From NCBI GenBank assembly GCA_041181965.1, contig JBEGON010000135.1, positions 1 to 40,520 on the forward strand: a DNA stretch of 40,520 nt, given 5' to 3'. Below are positions 16,406-26,968 of the stretch, piece by piece; position 1 is the first letter of the stretch; each line of letters starts with the position of its first letter. The notes beneath the pieces were generated by a model. That model had not been told where the DNA came from and did no database searches. It saw only the letters and a program-made list of their open reading frames with translations. The position numbers and the translations under genes are program-made. This stretch comes from Actinomycetota bacterium (GTDB lineage: Bacteria; Actinomycetota; Actinomycetes; S36-B12; UBA5976).

Positions 16406-19219
16406 ATGGCGCTTCGTATTCGTGTAGTGACCGCAGCATTTGCAGCCGCAGCTGTTGTCGGAACCACACTCGCCATGAGTCCAGCTTTCGCAAGTGAAGC
16501 GACTCCAACTTACATTTCTTCCGTCGATCAGGCAGTTGCCGAAGTAACGCAAATTCTTGCCTCAGGCGACACCATCGGTGGATACACCTGGCCAGGAACT
16601 CCTGACGGCATGGGCGCTGTTAAGAATTCAGATGGCACAGTCACTGTTTTTGTTACACACGAATTCTCAGCATCAGATGCATTCGTTGGCCAAGTTGAAC
16701 GTTCATACGGTGGTTTTGGTTCAACCATTACTGCGGTTACGTACAACACTGAAACTCATTCAGTCGTAAAAATCGAAGATGCGATCAAGAACGCAAAGTG
16801 GTACGACTACGTCAACGGCACCTGGGGCGATTCACCTGCAGGGCCAGTTGATGCTCCGGACACTGATGTTTATGGCACCGCAAACCACACCACGGCAATC
16901 AACCGCTTTTGCTCAGCAACATTGATGGAACGCGGAACTCTTGCTTTCGATACAACCAAGCGCGTGAAGTACTACGTGAAAGTAAAGAAGAACGGCAAGA
17001 TCGTTAAGGTCGCCAAATACAAGAACGTTCCTGTTCACTACGGTTACAAAGAACCAATCTTCTTCACTGGTGAAGAAGGCGAATCAGAATCACGAGATTT
17101 CGGTCTTAACACCAAAACTGGTGAATTGGTTCAGCTTGCGGCGCTTGGTCTTGGAGCGACCGAAAACATCAACATTGCACCAGCTTCTGCAACTAAGAAG
17201 ACCACGGTTGCGTTGATGGGTGAAGATGGTGCTGCAACAGACAGCCAGCTCTTTATGTACAAGGGCACAAAGACCACACAAGGCACCTGGTACGAACGTG
17301 CCGGTCTCACCAATGGTCTTCGTTACGTTGCTCGCGTGTTGAACAGTGGAGCGAACGTTGCTACCGACCTTCGCGCGCGTGAAGTTCTCGCAGATCGCAC
17401 AGTTTCAACAATCAAGCGCGGCTTCGCAGTCAACGGTGCGACCATCACCATCGCAGATGGTGTTGCAACTATCACCACCGCAGCAGCTCACAACTTGAAG
17501 GTTGGCGACACTGTGACTCTTGCAGGTTTCGCGACCGTCGCATTCGATGCTGACGAAAACATCGCAACTGCAGATTTGCAAACTGATCCAAACGGCAATA
17601 ACACCGTAAGTGCAATTGCAAGCACTACGTCTTTCCAGATTCAAATTGATGGAAATGACGCAGGATCAACCGCGACATCAGGCACCGTTGCACTCCCAAC
17701 CGATGAAATCGTGGTCACCGCTGCAGCAGCTTCAACTGCACCAGCGAAGATTGCATTGGCATCAAACGTTGTCACCATCACGACTGCAACTCAGCACCAC
17801 CTCCGCGTCGGTGATCAGGTTGTCTTGGCTGGTTTCGACAATGTCGGTGGCGTAAGTGTTAATGGCACCCAGGTTGTCACAGTTGTTGGCTCAAATGTTT
17901 CCTTCAGCTTTGCGAAAACAGGTGGCACTGATGCTGCAGAAGCAACCATCGTCAATGGCACAGTGACCGCAGGTCATTTGCTCAACGAAGGTGACACAGT
18001 CAATTTCGCTGGTGTGACTGGTGACGCACTTGTTGGTCGCTACACGGTCTCTGCAGTTCCTGCGACTTCTTCATCTGCTAATAGCCCAACAGTTTTCCGT
18101 GTCACTGCAAAGGGTGGCGAAGCAACTTCGCTCAACCTCACAGGCGGCATTGTCAACAAGGTGCTTGACGTTGAATGGAAGAAAGTAAGCACTGACATTG
18201 ACGGTGAAGCTCAGCAGACTATTGCGAAACTTCGCGGCACTGCATTCGCTCGCATCGAAGACGGTGTCTTCGATCCAAACAATGCAAATGTCTTCTACTT
18301 CATCACCACCCAGTCAGATTCTGAAACCGGTGGTTACCAAGGAGTCAAGACATCAACTCGCGATGGTGGCGCTCTCTGGAAACTGACCTTCGTCAATGTG
18401 ACACATCCTGAACTGGGTGCTTCGCTCGAATTGGTTCTCACTGGCGCAGAAGCTCCTGCAAATGATCCAACCGTTGCCATCAACAAGATTGACAACATTG
18501 GAATTTCAGCAGATGGTCAGTTCGCGTTGATTCAAGAAGATCCAGGCGTGCACGATCAACTTTCTCGCGTACTTGCGATTCGCTTCCTTGATAAGAAGCT
18601 TGTTTCGATTGCCAAGTTCAACAACGACTTGTTCAATCCAAGCTCAGTCAATACTTACATCACCAATGATGAAGAATCTTCAGGTGTGTTCGATGCGACG
18701 AAGCTCCTGCGTTCAAGTGGTGCAGATACAGCTAGCTACTTCTTCTTCAATACTCAGATTCACCCAGTGACTGTGGATGGAAGCGGAAATAGCCTTGGAA
18801 CAGATCCATTGAAGGTTCGCGCCAATGCGTTGCTTCGTCCGGATCTACTTACTCAGACATCACTCACTATCACTCACTCGAAGCACGTTGCAGCTGCAAC
18901 CACTGCGACTGCCACGGTTTCAGATCTCGGAGCCCTTGCAGTGAATGACATTGTGACGATCTGGGGAGCAGACAAGACGCTTAACGGTACCTATGCCGTT
19001 ACCGCAATTGATGCTGGTGCGAAAACCTTCACATACGCTGTCAAGGGAACCGCAGCAACTGTAGATACAGACATCACAGGACGGGTTGCTATCAACACCA
19101 CGAATGGCGTAGATACCGGCTTCGATGCTGATTTGAACTACAAGAAGGCAGTTATCGAAGGTGGAGCTCTCTACACCTTGAAGATCGCCAGCTGGCAAAC
19201 CCTCTTTGAGTTGAGCTAA
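16406..19219 (+). CDS. secreted PhoX/DUF839-like beta-propeller protein (putative phosphoesterase) carrying inserted repeat modules
   Basis: ATG 16406 follows GAGAGGA, and the signal peptide is MALRIRVVTAAFAAAAVVGTTLAMSPAFA|SE. PhoX-like blocks: PDGMGAV..VTVFVTHE, ALGLGATEN, MGEDG..SQLFMYKG, GTAFARIEDGVFDP..VFYFITT, GGALWKL, IDNIGISADG..LIQEDPG, and YFFFNTQIHP. The fold assignment comes from remembered motif patterns, not a search. Confidence 0.55.
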   Translation: MALRIRVVTAAFAAAAVVGTTLAMSPAFASEATPTYISSVDQAVAEVTQILASGDTIGGYTWPGTPDGMGAVKNSDGTVTVFVTHEFSASDAFVGQVERSYGGFGSTITAVTYNTETHSVVKIEDAIKNAKWYDYVNGTWGDSPAGPVDAPDTDVYGTANHTTAINRFCSATLMERGTLAFDTTKRVKYYVKVKKNGKIVKVAKYKNVPVHYGYKEPIFFTGEEGESESRDFGLNTKTGELVQLAALGLGATENINIAPASATKKTTVALMGEDGAATDSQLFMYKGTKTTQGTWYERAGLTNGLRYVARVLNSGANVATDLRAREVLADRTVSTIKRGFAVNGATITIADGVATITTAAAHNLKVGDTVTLAGFATVAFDADENIATADLQTDPNGNNTVSAIASTTSFQIQIDGNDAGSTATSGTVALPTDEIVVTAAAASTAPAKIALASNVVTITTATQHHLRVGDQVVLAGFDNVGGVSVNGTQVVTVVGSNVSFSFAKTGGTDAAEATIVNGTVTAGHLLNEGDTVNFAGVTGDALVGRYTVSAVPATSSSANSPTVFRVTAKGGEATSLNLTGGIVNKVLDVEWKKVSTDIDGEAQQTIAKLRGTAFARIEDGVFDPNNANVFYFITTQSDSETGGYQGVKTSTRDGGALWKLTFVNVTHPELGASLELVLTGAEAPANDPTVAINKIDNIGISADGQFALIQEDPGVHDQLSRVLAIRFLDKKLVSIAKFNNDLFNPSSVNTYITNDEESSGVFDATKLLRSSGADTASYFFFNTQIHPVTVDGSGNSLGTDPLKVRANALLRPDLLTQTSLTITHSKHVAAATTATATVSDLGALAVNDIVTIWGADKTLNGTYAVTAIDAGAKTFTYAVKGTAATVDTDITGRVAINTTNGVDTGFDADLNYKKAVIEGGALYTLKIASWQTLFELS
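17438..18118 (+). repeat. three tandem, diverged protein-level repeat modules (about 60-75 aa each) inserted in the PhoX-like fold
   Basis: Module cores: TITTAAAHNLKVGDTVTLAGF...VSAIASTTSFQIQI; TITTATQHHLRVGDQVVLAGF...VNGTQVVTVVGSNVSFSF; GHLLNEGDTVNFAGV...VGRYTVSAVP...VFRVTA. Confidence 0.6.
18890..19048 (+). repeat. fourth copy of the same module near the C-terminus
   Basis: LGALAVNDIVTIWGADKTLNGTYAVTAIDAGAKTFTYAV shares the x-L-x-x-x-D-x-V-x-hydrophobic-x-G ... NG-T-Y-x-V-T-x-I ... F-T-Y pattern. Confidence 0.55.
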
Positions 19220-19232
19220 ACCTTCACTCATC

Positions 19233-19272
19233 GCGAAGGCGGTCTCCCGTGAGGGGGGCCGCCTTCGTGTTT
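19233..19272 (+). terminator. rho-independent terminator after the PhoX-like gene
   Basis: GCGAAGGCGG ... CCGCCTTCG stem with an inner tctccc/gggggg stem, followed by TGTTT. Confidence 0.7.
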
Positions 19273-19290
19273 ACCAAGAGTTCACCTTGG
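19269..19290 (+). promoter_or_regulatory. PHO-box-like pair of 11-nt direct repeats (GTTTACCAAGA GTTCACCTTGG)
   Basis: Two GTTyACC cores are spaced exactly 11 nt apart, 62 nt upstream of pstC. A 22-nt block with 16/22 identity lies upstream of pstS. Confidence 0.5.
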
Positions 19291-19351
19291 ATTCTGACTT
19301 CGGCAACCTGCGCCCAATGCATTTGCTACCCGTATAGGTCAGATTCTCCCC

Positions 19352-20341
19352 GTGACCATCCTCGACCCCGCCCCACGCGAAATCCCCGTCGTACGTCAGA
19401 GCTCGGACAAGGTCTTTCGCGGCATCCTCATTCTCGGTGGACTTGTTGCTTTTGTGGTACTCGCAGGAATTTTTGGATATCTCGCTGCTAGTGCCGCTCC
19501 AGTTCTCAAAGAATTTGGTTTGCAATTTTTCACTGGTAGCTCGTGGTACGCCGGCGATGGCCTACTTGTTTCTGAAGGTTCCATCGATCCGCCGACTTTC
19601 GGTCTTCTTCCAATGTTGTGGGGATCAGTTCTGATTGCAATCGTTGCTGTTGGAATTTCACTTCCAATGGCCGTCGGTGTTGCACTCGCGATTACGTACT
19701 TGCTTCCTAAGAAACTTTCAATGTTGATGACGATTCTTGTTGATCTTGTTGCCGCAATCCCATCCATTGTTTTCGGTCTCTGGGGCTTTTTTGTACTGAT
19801 GCCACACGGCTCCCTGTGGGCAGCCTGGCTACACGAAAAACTTGGCTTCTTGCCATTCTTCAATGTTGAGTTCGAAGCATTTGATCAATCACCACTGATG
19901 GCAGGCATCGTTCTTGCGATCATGATCACACCAATCATCGCCGCTGTCTCTCGAGAAATCTTTGCGCAGGTTCCGCCGGAATTGATTTCGGGTGCAGAAG
20001 CTCTCGGTGCATCACGTTGGACTTTGATCCGCAATGTTGTTCTGCCTTTCGGTAAAGGCGGCATCGTCGGCGGCGCAATGCTCGGTCTCGGTCGCGCACT
20101 TGGCGAAACCATTGCGGTTTTCTTCGTTCTTCAACTTTTCACAGATGGCGTGAACTGGTACCGCATTCTTGAAAGTTCAGGCGGATCGATTGCGTCGCTC
20201 ATCGTAAGCCGCTTCGGTGAAGCGTTGCCGCTCGAACTTAGCGCCCTCTTCGGTGCAGGACTCGCACTGTTCATGATCACACTCTTTGCGAATGCTGCAG
20301 CCACGGCAATCGTTAATGGCACCGTAAGGAAGCGCAAATGA
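19352..20341 (+). CDS. pstC: phosphate ABC transporter permease PstC
   Basis: Six or more TM helices, an EAA-like loop (GAEALGASRWTLIRNVVLP), and position ahead of pstA and pstB. Confidence 0.9.
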   Translation: MTILDPAPREIPVVRQSSDKVFRGILILGGLVAFVVLAGIFGYLAASAAPVLKEFGLQFFTGSSWYAGDGLLVSEGSIDPPTFGLLPMLWGSVLIAIVAVGISLPMAVGVALAITYLLPKKLSMLMTILVDLVAAIPSIVFGLWGFFVLMPHGSLWAAWLHEKLGFLPFFNVEFEAFDQSPLMAGIVLAIMITPIIAAVSREIFAQVPPELISGAEALGASRWTLIRNVVLPFGKGGIVGGAMLGLGRALGETIAVFFVLQLFTDGVNWYRILESSGGSIASLIVSRFGEALPLELSALFGAGLALFMITLFANAAATAIVNGTVRKRK

Positions 20342-21384
20342 GCGACGCGATTTTGGCACCTGCCGAACCTTGGAAAGTGCGCGATTGGAATTACATCGCA
20401 CAACAACTTCTTGTTCATCTCGGTACGCCGGTTCTTGCGGCACTTATCACTGCGGTTTCACCAGCAGGCGGCAAAGCAGGTTTCTTCCTTGTGTGGGTTC
20501 CGCTTCATCTCGTCACTGCATCGCTTTTTGCAAAGTTTGGTCGCCGCAAGAAGTCTTTTGGAAATGCTGCAGTAGAAGTGTTCATGGCTTTCTCGCTCAT
20601 CATTTTCTTCACTTTTGTCGGATCAGTGCTCTGGCCAGTCATCAGTAATGGCGTTAAAGGATTCACACCGTCTTTGCTCAACCAAGATGCAACGACTGTT
20701 GATATCGATGCACCACTCAACGTTGGCGGCATGGGTCACGCGATTGCAGGTACTTTGATTATGGTGGCTCTTTCCACTCTGATTTGTGTGCCAATCGGCA
20801 TTCTCGCCGCACTGTATGTCACTGAAGTCCGCGGAAAGCTCACGCCGTTTGTGCGCTTTTTCGTGCAGGCAATGTCTGGTGTGCCATCGATTGTTGCTGG
20901 TCTTTTTGTGTACGCCGCGTTTGTGGTTTCGGGAATTATTGAATTCTCCGGACTTGCCGGCGCACTTGCACTTTCAATCTTGATGCTGCCAACAGTTGCG
21001 CGAACTGCGGAAGAAATCTTGCGTCTGATTCCGGATGATCTGCGCACTGCCGCACTTGCACTTGGCGGCACGCAATGGCGCGTCGTACGCATGGTGGTGC
21101 TTCCAGCAGCTCGCGCAGGTTTGGTAACAGCGGGCATTCTTGGAATTGCACGCGTCGTTGGTGAGACAGCTCCGCTGTTGTTGACGGCATTTGGAAGCAC
21201 AACTTTTAACGCCAATCCATTCAGCGGAACGATGTCAGCATTGCCGATGTACGTATTCACCCAAATGATGCTGGGCGGCGACAATGACGTTGCTCGCGCC
21301 TGGGTGGCATGTTTGATTTTGATGGTCTTGGTTGCGGTGCTCTTCACTGGAGCACGTCTCGCAGCAGCAAGGTTGAAGAAATAA
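20338..21384 (+). CDS. pstA: phosphate ABC transporter permease PstA
   Basis: Permease with the loop [19 protein letters not shown]. The start overlaps the pstC stop (ATGA). Confidence 0.9.
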   Translation: MSDAILAPAEPWKVRDWNYIAQQLLVHLGTPVLAALITAVSPAGGKAGFFLVWVPLHLVTASLFAKFGRRKKSFGNAAVEVFMAFSLIIFFTFVGSVLWPVISNGVKGFTPSLLNQDATTVDIDAPLNVGGMGHAIAGTLIMVALSTLICVPIGILAALYVTEVRGKLTPFVRFFVQAMSGVPSIVAGLFVYAAFVVSGIIEFSGLAGALALSILMLPTVARTAEEILRLIPDDLRTAALALGGTQWRVVRMVVLPAARAGLVTAGILGIARVVGETAPLLLTAFGSTTFNANPFSGTMSALPMYVFTQMMLGGDNDVARAWVACLILMVLVAVLFTGARLAAARLKK

Positions 21385-21421
21385 TGCAGGGAATTCAAAC
21401 GGTGACATCGGAGGTCAAACC

Positions 21422-22228
21422 GTGAAAGCAAAATATGCAGAATTGCATGAAGGACATGTTCCTATTGCGATGGAAGCACGTGACATCAATGTGTGGTTCA
21501 ACAAGCACCATGTGTTGCACAATGTGAATCTGAGTTTCACTGAAAATTCTGTTACCGCACTCATCGGACCGTCAGGTTGCGGTAAGTCAACTTTCATCCG
21601 CACGTTGAATCGCATGCATGAACTCATTCCAAATGCGAAACTCGCCGGCGAAGTTTTTTATGAAGGTGACGATATCTACGCACCGAATGTTGATCCAGTC
21701 AATGTGCGCCTCAACATTGGCATGGTCTTTCAAAAGCCAAACCCATTTCCATCAATGTCAATCGGCGACAACGTTCTTGCTGGCCTGAAGCTTTCAAAGC
21801 GCAAAGTGGAGAACAAAGACGAGCTTCTCGAAGATTCGCTCAAAAAGGCGGGTCTTTGGAATGAGGTGAAGGATCGCTTGCGTGAATCGGCTGGATCACT
21901 TTCGGGTGGTCAGCAGCAGCGTCTTTGCATCGCCCGCGCGTTGGTTTTGAAGCCGAGTGTCTTATTGATGGACGAGCCATGTTCTGCCCTCGATCCAGGC
22001 TCTACAGCACGCATCGAAGAGACCATCAAAGAGCTCAAAGAATCTATGACCATCGTCATCGTGACCCACAACATGCAGCAAGCCCTTCGCGTTTCCGACC
22101 ACACCGCCTTCTTCCTAGCGACTGACGGCAAACCAGGCGAAATTGTGGAAGCCGGGGACACACACCAGATCTTCCATGAGCCAAAAGATCAGCGAACCGA
22201 TGATTATGTTCACGGACGGTTCGGCTAA
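21422..22228 (+). CDS. pstB: phosphate ABC transporter ATP-binding protein PstB
   Basis: Walker [10 protein letters not shown], signature LSGGQQQRL, and Walker B LLMDEP. GTG start follows GGAGGT. Confidence 0.95.
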   Translation: MKAKYAELHEGHVPIAMEARDINVWFNKHHVLHNVNLSFTENSVTALIGPSGCGKSTFIRTLNRMHELIPNAKLAGEVFYEGDDIYAPNVDPVNVRLNIGMVFQKPNPFPSMSIGDNVLAGLKLSKRKVENKDELLEDSLKKAGLWNEVKDRLRESAGSLSGGQQQRLCIARALVLKPSVLLMDEPCSALDPGSTARIEETIKELKESMTIVIVTHNMQQALRVSDHTAFFLATDGKPGEIVEAGDTHQIFHEPKDQRTDDYVHGRFG

Positions 22229-22249
22229 GTCACCAAAAGTTCACCTGAA
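22228..22249 (+). promoter_or_regulatory. PHO-box-like pair of 11-nt direct repeats (AGTCACCAAAA GTTCACCTGAA)
   Basis: It starts at the last base of the pstB stop codon. It has the same ACCAAnAGTTCACCT core as the block upstream of pstC. Confidence 0.5.
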
Positions 22250-22252
22250 ATA

Positions 22253-22286
22253 GACCTCTGCTTTGGATAAGGGCAGGGGTCTGTTT
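22253..22286 (+). terminator. terminator-like hairpin between pstB and pstS
   Basis: GACCTCTGC-N11-GCAGGGGTC stem (one G-U pair) followed by TGTTTC. Confidence 0.45.
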
Positions 22287-22376
22287 CATATCGGTGTCTA
22301 ACTTTCGCCTCAGAGTTGCTCAGTGTTGTAGGCCTCCGAACGGAAGCCCACGGCAACTTCCACGAAAGGACATAGC

Positions 22377-24871
<2,495 letters not shown>

Positions 24872-24883
24872 TTCAGCATTTTC

Positions 24884-25555
24884 ATGAGTCACCAACCACG
24901 CTTCGAACCGCGAGCAGATACTCGTACCGAACATGTGATGTGGCAGGTTCCTGTCTGGCCGGTTGATCCGACCACAGTATTGCGGGGAGAACTTGTTGAA
25001 CTATCAGTATCAAAACTTGCGGATGCACCAGAACTTTTTGTTGCACTGAATTCAGACAGTGTGTGGCAACATGTAGCTGGTCGACCACGTACTGTCGAAG
25101 ACATGGAAAAACTGATTTCATTCAAACTTGACGAAGCCACATGGAATCCATGGACAGTGCGCCTTATCAAGGATTACAAAGGTATTGCCGCCGGAAGTAT
25201 CGTCGGAACGACTTCGTATCTCGAAACCTTCCCATCCGAAGGCCGAACTGAGATCGGCTCAACAACCTACGCACCGGAAGTGTGGGGAAGCCTGGTCAAT
25301 CCAGAATGCAAGCTCTTGCTTTTGCAGTTTGCCTTTGAGTCGATGCTGATGTCGCGTGTTCAGCTGAAAACGGACATCCGTAATCAAAGATCCCAGCAGG
25401 CGATTGCTCGTCTTGGTGCGAGTTTTGAAGGGGTGCTGCGGCTTTATCAACGCCGACAGGACGGCACCATGCGAGACACAGTCTTGTTCTCCATTATTAA
25501 GGACGAATGGCCAGAAGTCAGGGAACGGCTACAGGAGCGCCTTAAGGCGGAGTAG
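24884..25555 (+). CDS. GNAT-family N-acetyltransferase (RimJ/RimL-like)
   Basis: 223 aa with the typical C-terminal half of this family (LKTDIRNQRSQQAIARLGASFEGVLR). The call rests on pattern recognition only. Confidence 0.7.
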   Translation: MSHQPRFEPRADTRTEHVMWQVPVWPVDPTTVLRGELVELSVSKLADAPELFVALNSDSVWQHVAGRPRTVEDMEKLISFKLDEATWNPWTVRLIKDYKGIAAGSIVGTTSYLETFPSEGRTEIGSTTYAPEVWGSLVNPECKLLLLQFAFESMLMSRVQLKTDIRNQRSQQAIARLGASFEGVLRLYQRRQDGTMRDTVLFSIIKDEWPEVRERLQERLKAE

Positions 25556-25566
25556 CGTGCTCCGCT

Positions 25567-26916
25567 ATGAGTACGCAATTGCCAAATCCTGCTGAAGGTC
25601 AGCGCGTTTATGACCTCGATCGCAACTTCGTTTTCCATTCCTGGTCTGCACAAGGTGCACTGAAACCCTTTGTTGTGGCGAAAACCGAAGGTAGTTATGT
25701 TTACGACTACGACGGCAAGCAGTATCTCGATATATCTTCGCAGCTCGTCAATACCAATATCGGTCATCAGCATCCAAAAGTTGTTGCTGCCATTGCAGAG
25801 CAAGCTCACAAAATTGCAACGATTGCTCCGCAACATGCGATTGATGTTCGTGGCGAAGCTGCAAAATTGATTACGGAAATTGCGCCAACAAATTTCAACA
25901 AAGTCTTTTTCACCAATGGTGGTGCGGATGCAGTTGAAAATGCAATCCGTATGGCACGCATTCACACAGGCAAATCCAAAGTCCTTTCTTTTTACCGCTC
26001 GTACCACGGCAACACCGGCAGTGCGATCAACGCAACTGGTGACTGGCGTCGCATTCCAAATGAATTCTCAACAGGACATGTGCACTTTTTTGGTCCATTT
26101 GCTTATCGCTCTGCTTTTTGGTCTGAGTCACCAGAGCAAGAATCGCAACGCGCGTTACAGCATCTTGAAGACATCATTATCAACGAAGGTCCGCAATCGA
26201 TTGCTTGCATCATATTGGAATCCGTGGTTGGTACTGGCGGAATTCTGATTCCACCACCAGGCTATTTGCAGGGTGTCAAGGCATTGTGTGTAAAACACGG
26301 AATCGTGTACATCGCCGATGAAGTCATGGCTGGTTTTGGTCGCACCGGAAAATGGTTTGCCTTCGAGCATTTTGGCATCACACCTGATCTCATTGTTTTT
26401 GCAAAAGGGGTTAACAGTGGTTACATCCCACTCGGTGGTGTGATCATCAGTGATGAAATTGCTGCAACTTTTGACTCGAAAGTTTTTCCAGGTGGATTGA
26501 CATACTCAGGACATCCGATTGCGACAGCCGCAGCGGTTGCCACCATCAACGCAATGCGTGATGAAAAGATGATTGAGAATGCTGCTCGCATCGGCGAAAC
26601 TCTGCTTGGGCCAGGTCTACGCGCTCTTGCTGAAAAGCATCCGATTATTGGTGATGTTCGCGGCATTGGCGCTTTTTGGTCTCTCGATCTTGTCCACGAT
26701 CGCACAACAAAGCGTCCAGTCGCACCAGCTTCTGGACCTGCGCCGATCATCGGTGAACTCGTAGCGGAATGCCGCAAAAATGGATTGATGCCATTTGTTG
26801 CTGCAAACCGCATCCATATCTGCCCACCACTCAACATCACAGATGAGCAGATTGCTGAAGCACTGACCAAACTAGAGGTAGTTTTCAGCGTGATGGACAA
26901 GCATTACGAGGGCTAA
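25567..26916 (+). CDS. class III (omega) PLP-dependent aminotransferase
   Basis: FTNGGADAVENAIRMAR, IADEVMAGFGRTG, and FAKGVNSGYIPLGG carrying the Schiff-base Lys. Confidence 0.85.
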   Translation: MSTQLPNPAEGQRVYDLDRNFVFHSWSAQGALKPFVVAKTEGSYVYDYDGKQYLDISSQLVNTNIGHQHPKVVAAIAEQAHKIATIAPQHAIDVRGEAAKLITEIAPTNFNKVFFTNGGADAVENAIRMARIHTGKSKVLSFYRSYHGNTGSAINATGDWRRIPNEFSTGHVHFFGPFAYRSAFWSESPEQESQRALQHLEDIIINEGPQSIACIILESVVGTGGILIPPPGYLQGVKALCVKHGIVYIADEVMAGFGRTGKWFAFEHFGITPDLIVFAKGVNSGYIPLGGVIISDEIAATFDSKVFPGGLTYSGHPIATAAAVATINAMRDEKMIENAARIGETLLGPGLRALAEKHPIIGDVRGIGAFWSLDLVHDRTTKRPVAPASGPAPIIGELVAECRKNGLMPFVAANRIHICPPLNITDEQIAEALTKLEVVFSVMDKHYEG

Positions 26917-26956
26917 TTCGCGAGAAATCGTGGATTTTGAGGGTCCATTTCTCGAC

Positions 26957-26962
26957 TAAAAT
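26957..26962 (+). promoter_or_regulatory. -10 element TAAAAT, 6 nt before GTG 26969 (predicted leaderless purD promoter)
   Basis: TANNNT starts 12 nt upstream of the start and there is no SD. The 37-nt upstream block is 25/37 identical to the purF upstream block. Confidence 0.5.
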
Positions 26963-26968
26963 CTCCAC

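Noticed and set aside
16406-16495. Tat (twin-arginine) export signal on the PhoX-like protein, as in classical PhoX
   Set aside because: The n-region is MALRIRVV, with single arginines separated by Ile and no S/T-R-R-x-F-L pattern. It reads as an ordinary Sec signal.
20736-21431. 231-aa ORF on the minus strand
   Set aside because: It is antisense to pstA. The composition is Ala/Arg/Ser/Thr-rich and low in complexity, as expected for the reverse frame of a hydrophobic permease gene. There are no motifs.
25447-26007. 186-aa ORF on the minus strand
   Set aside because: It is antisense to the class III aminotransferase, whose frame carries clear PLP-enzyme motifs. There is no independent support.
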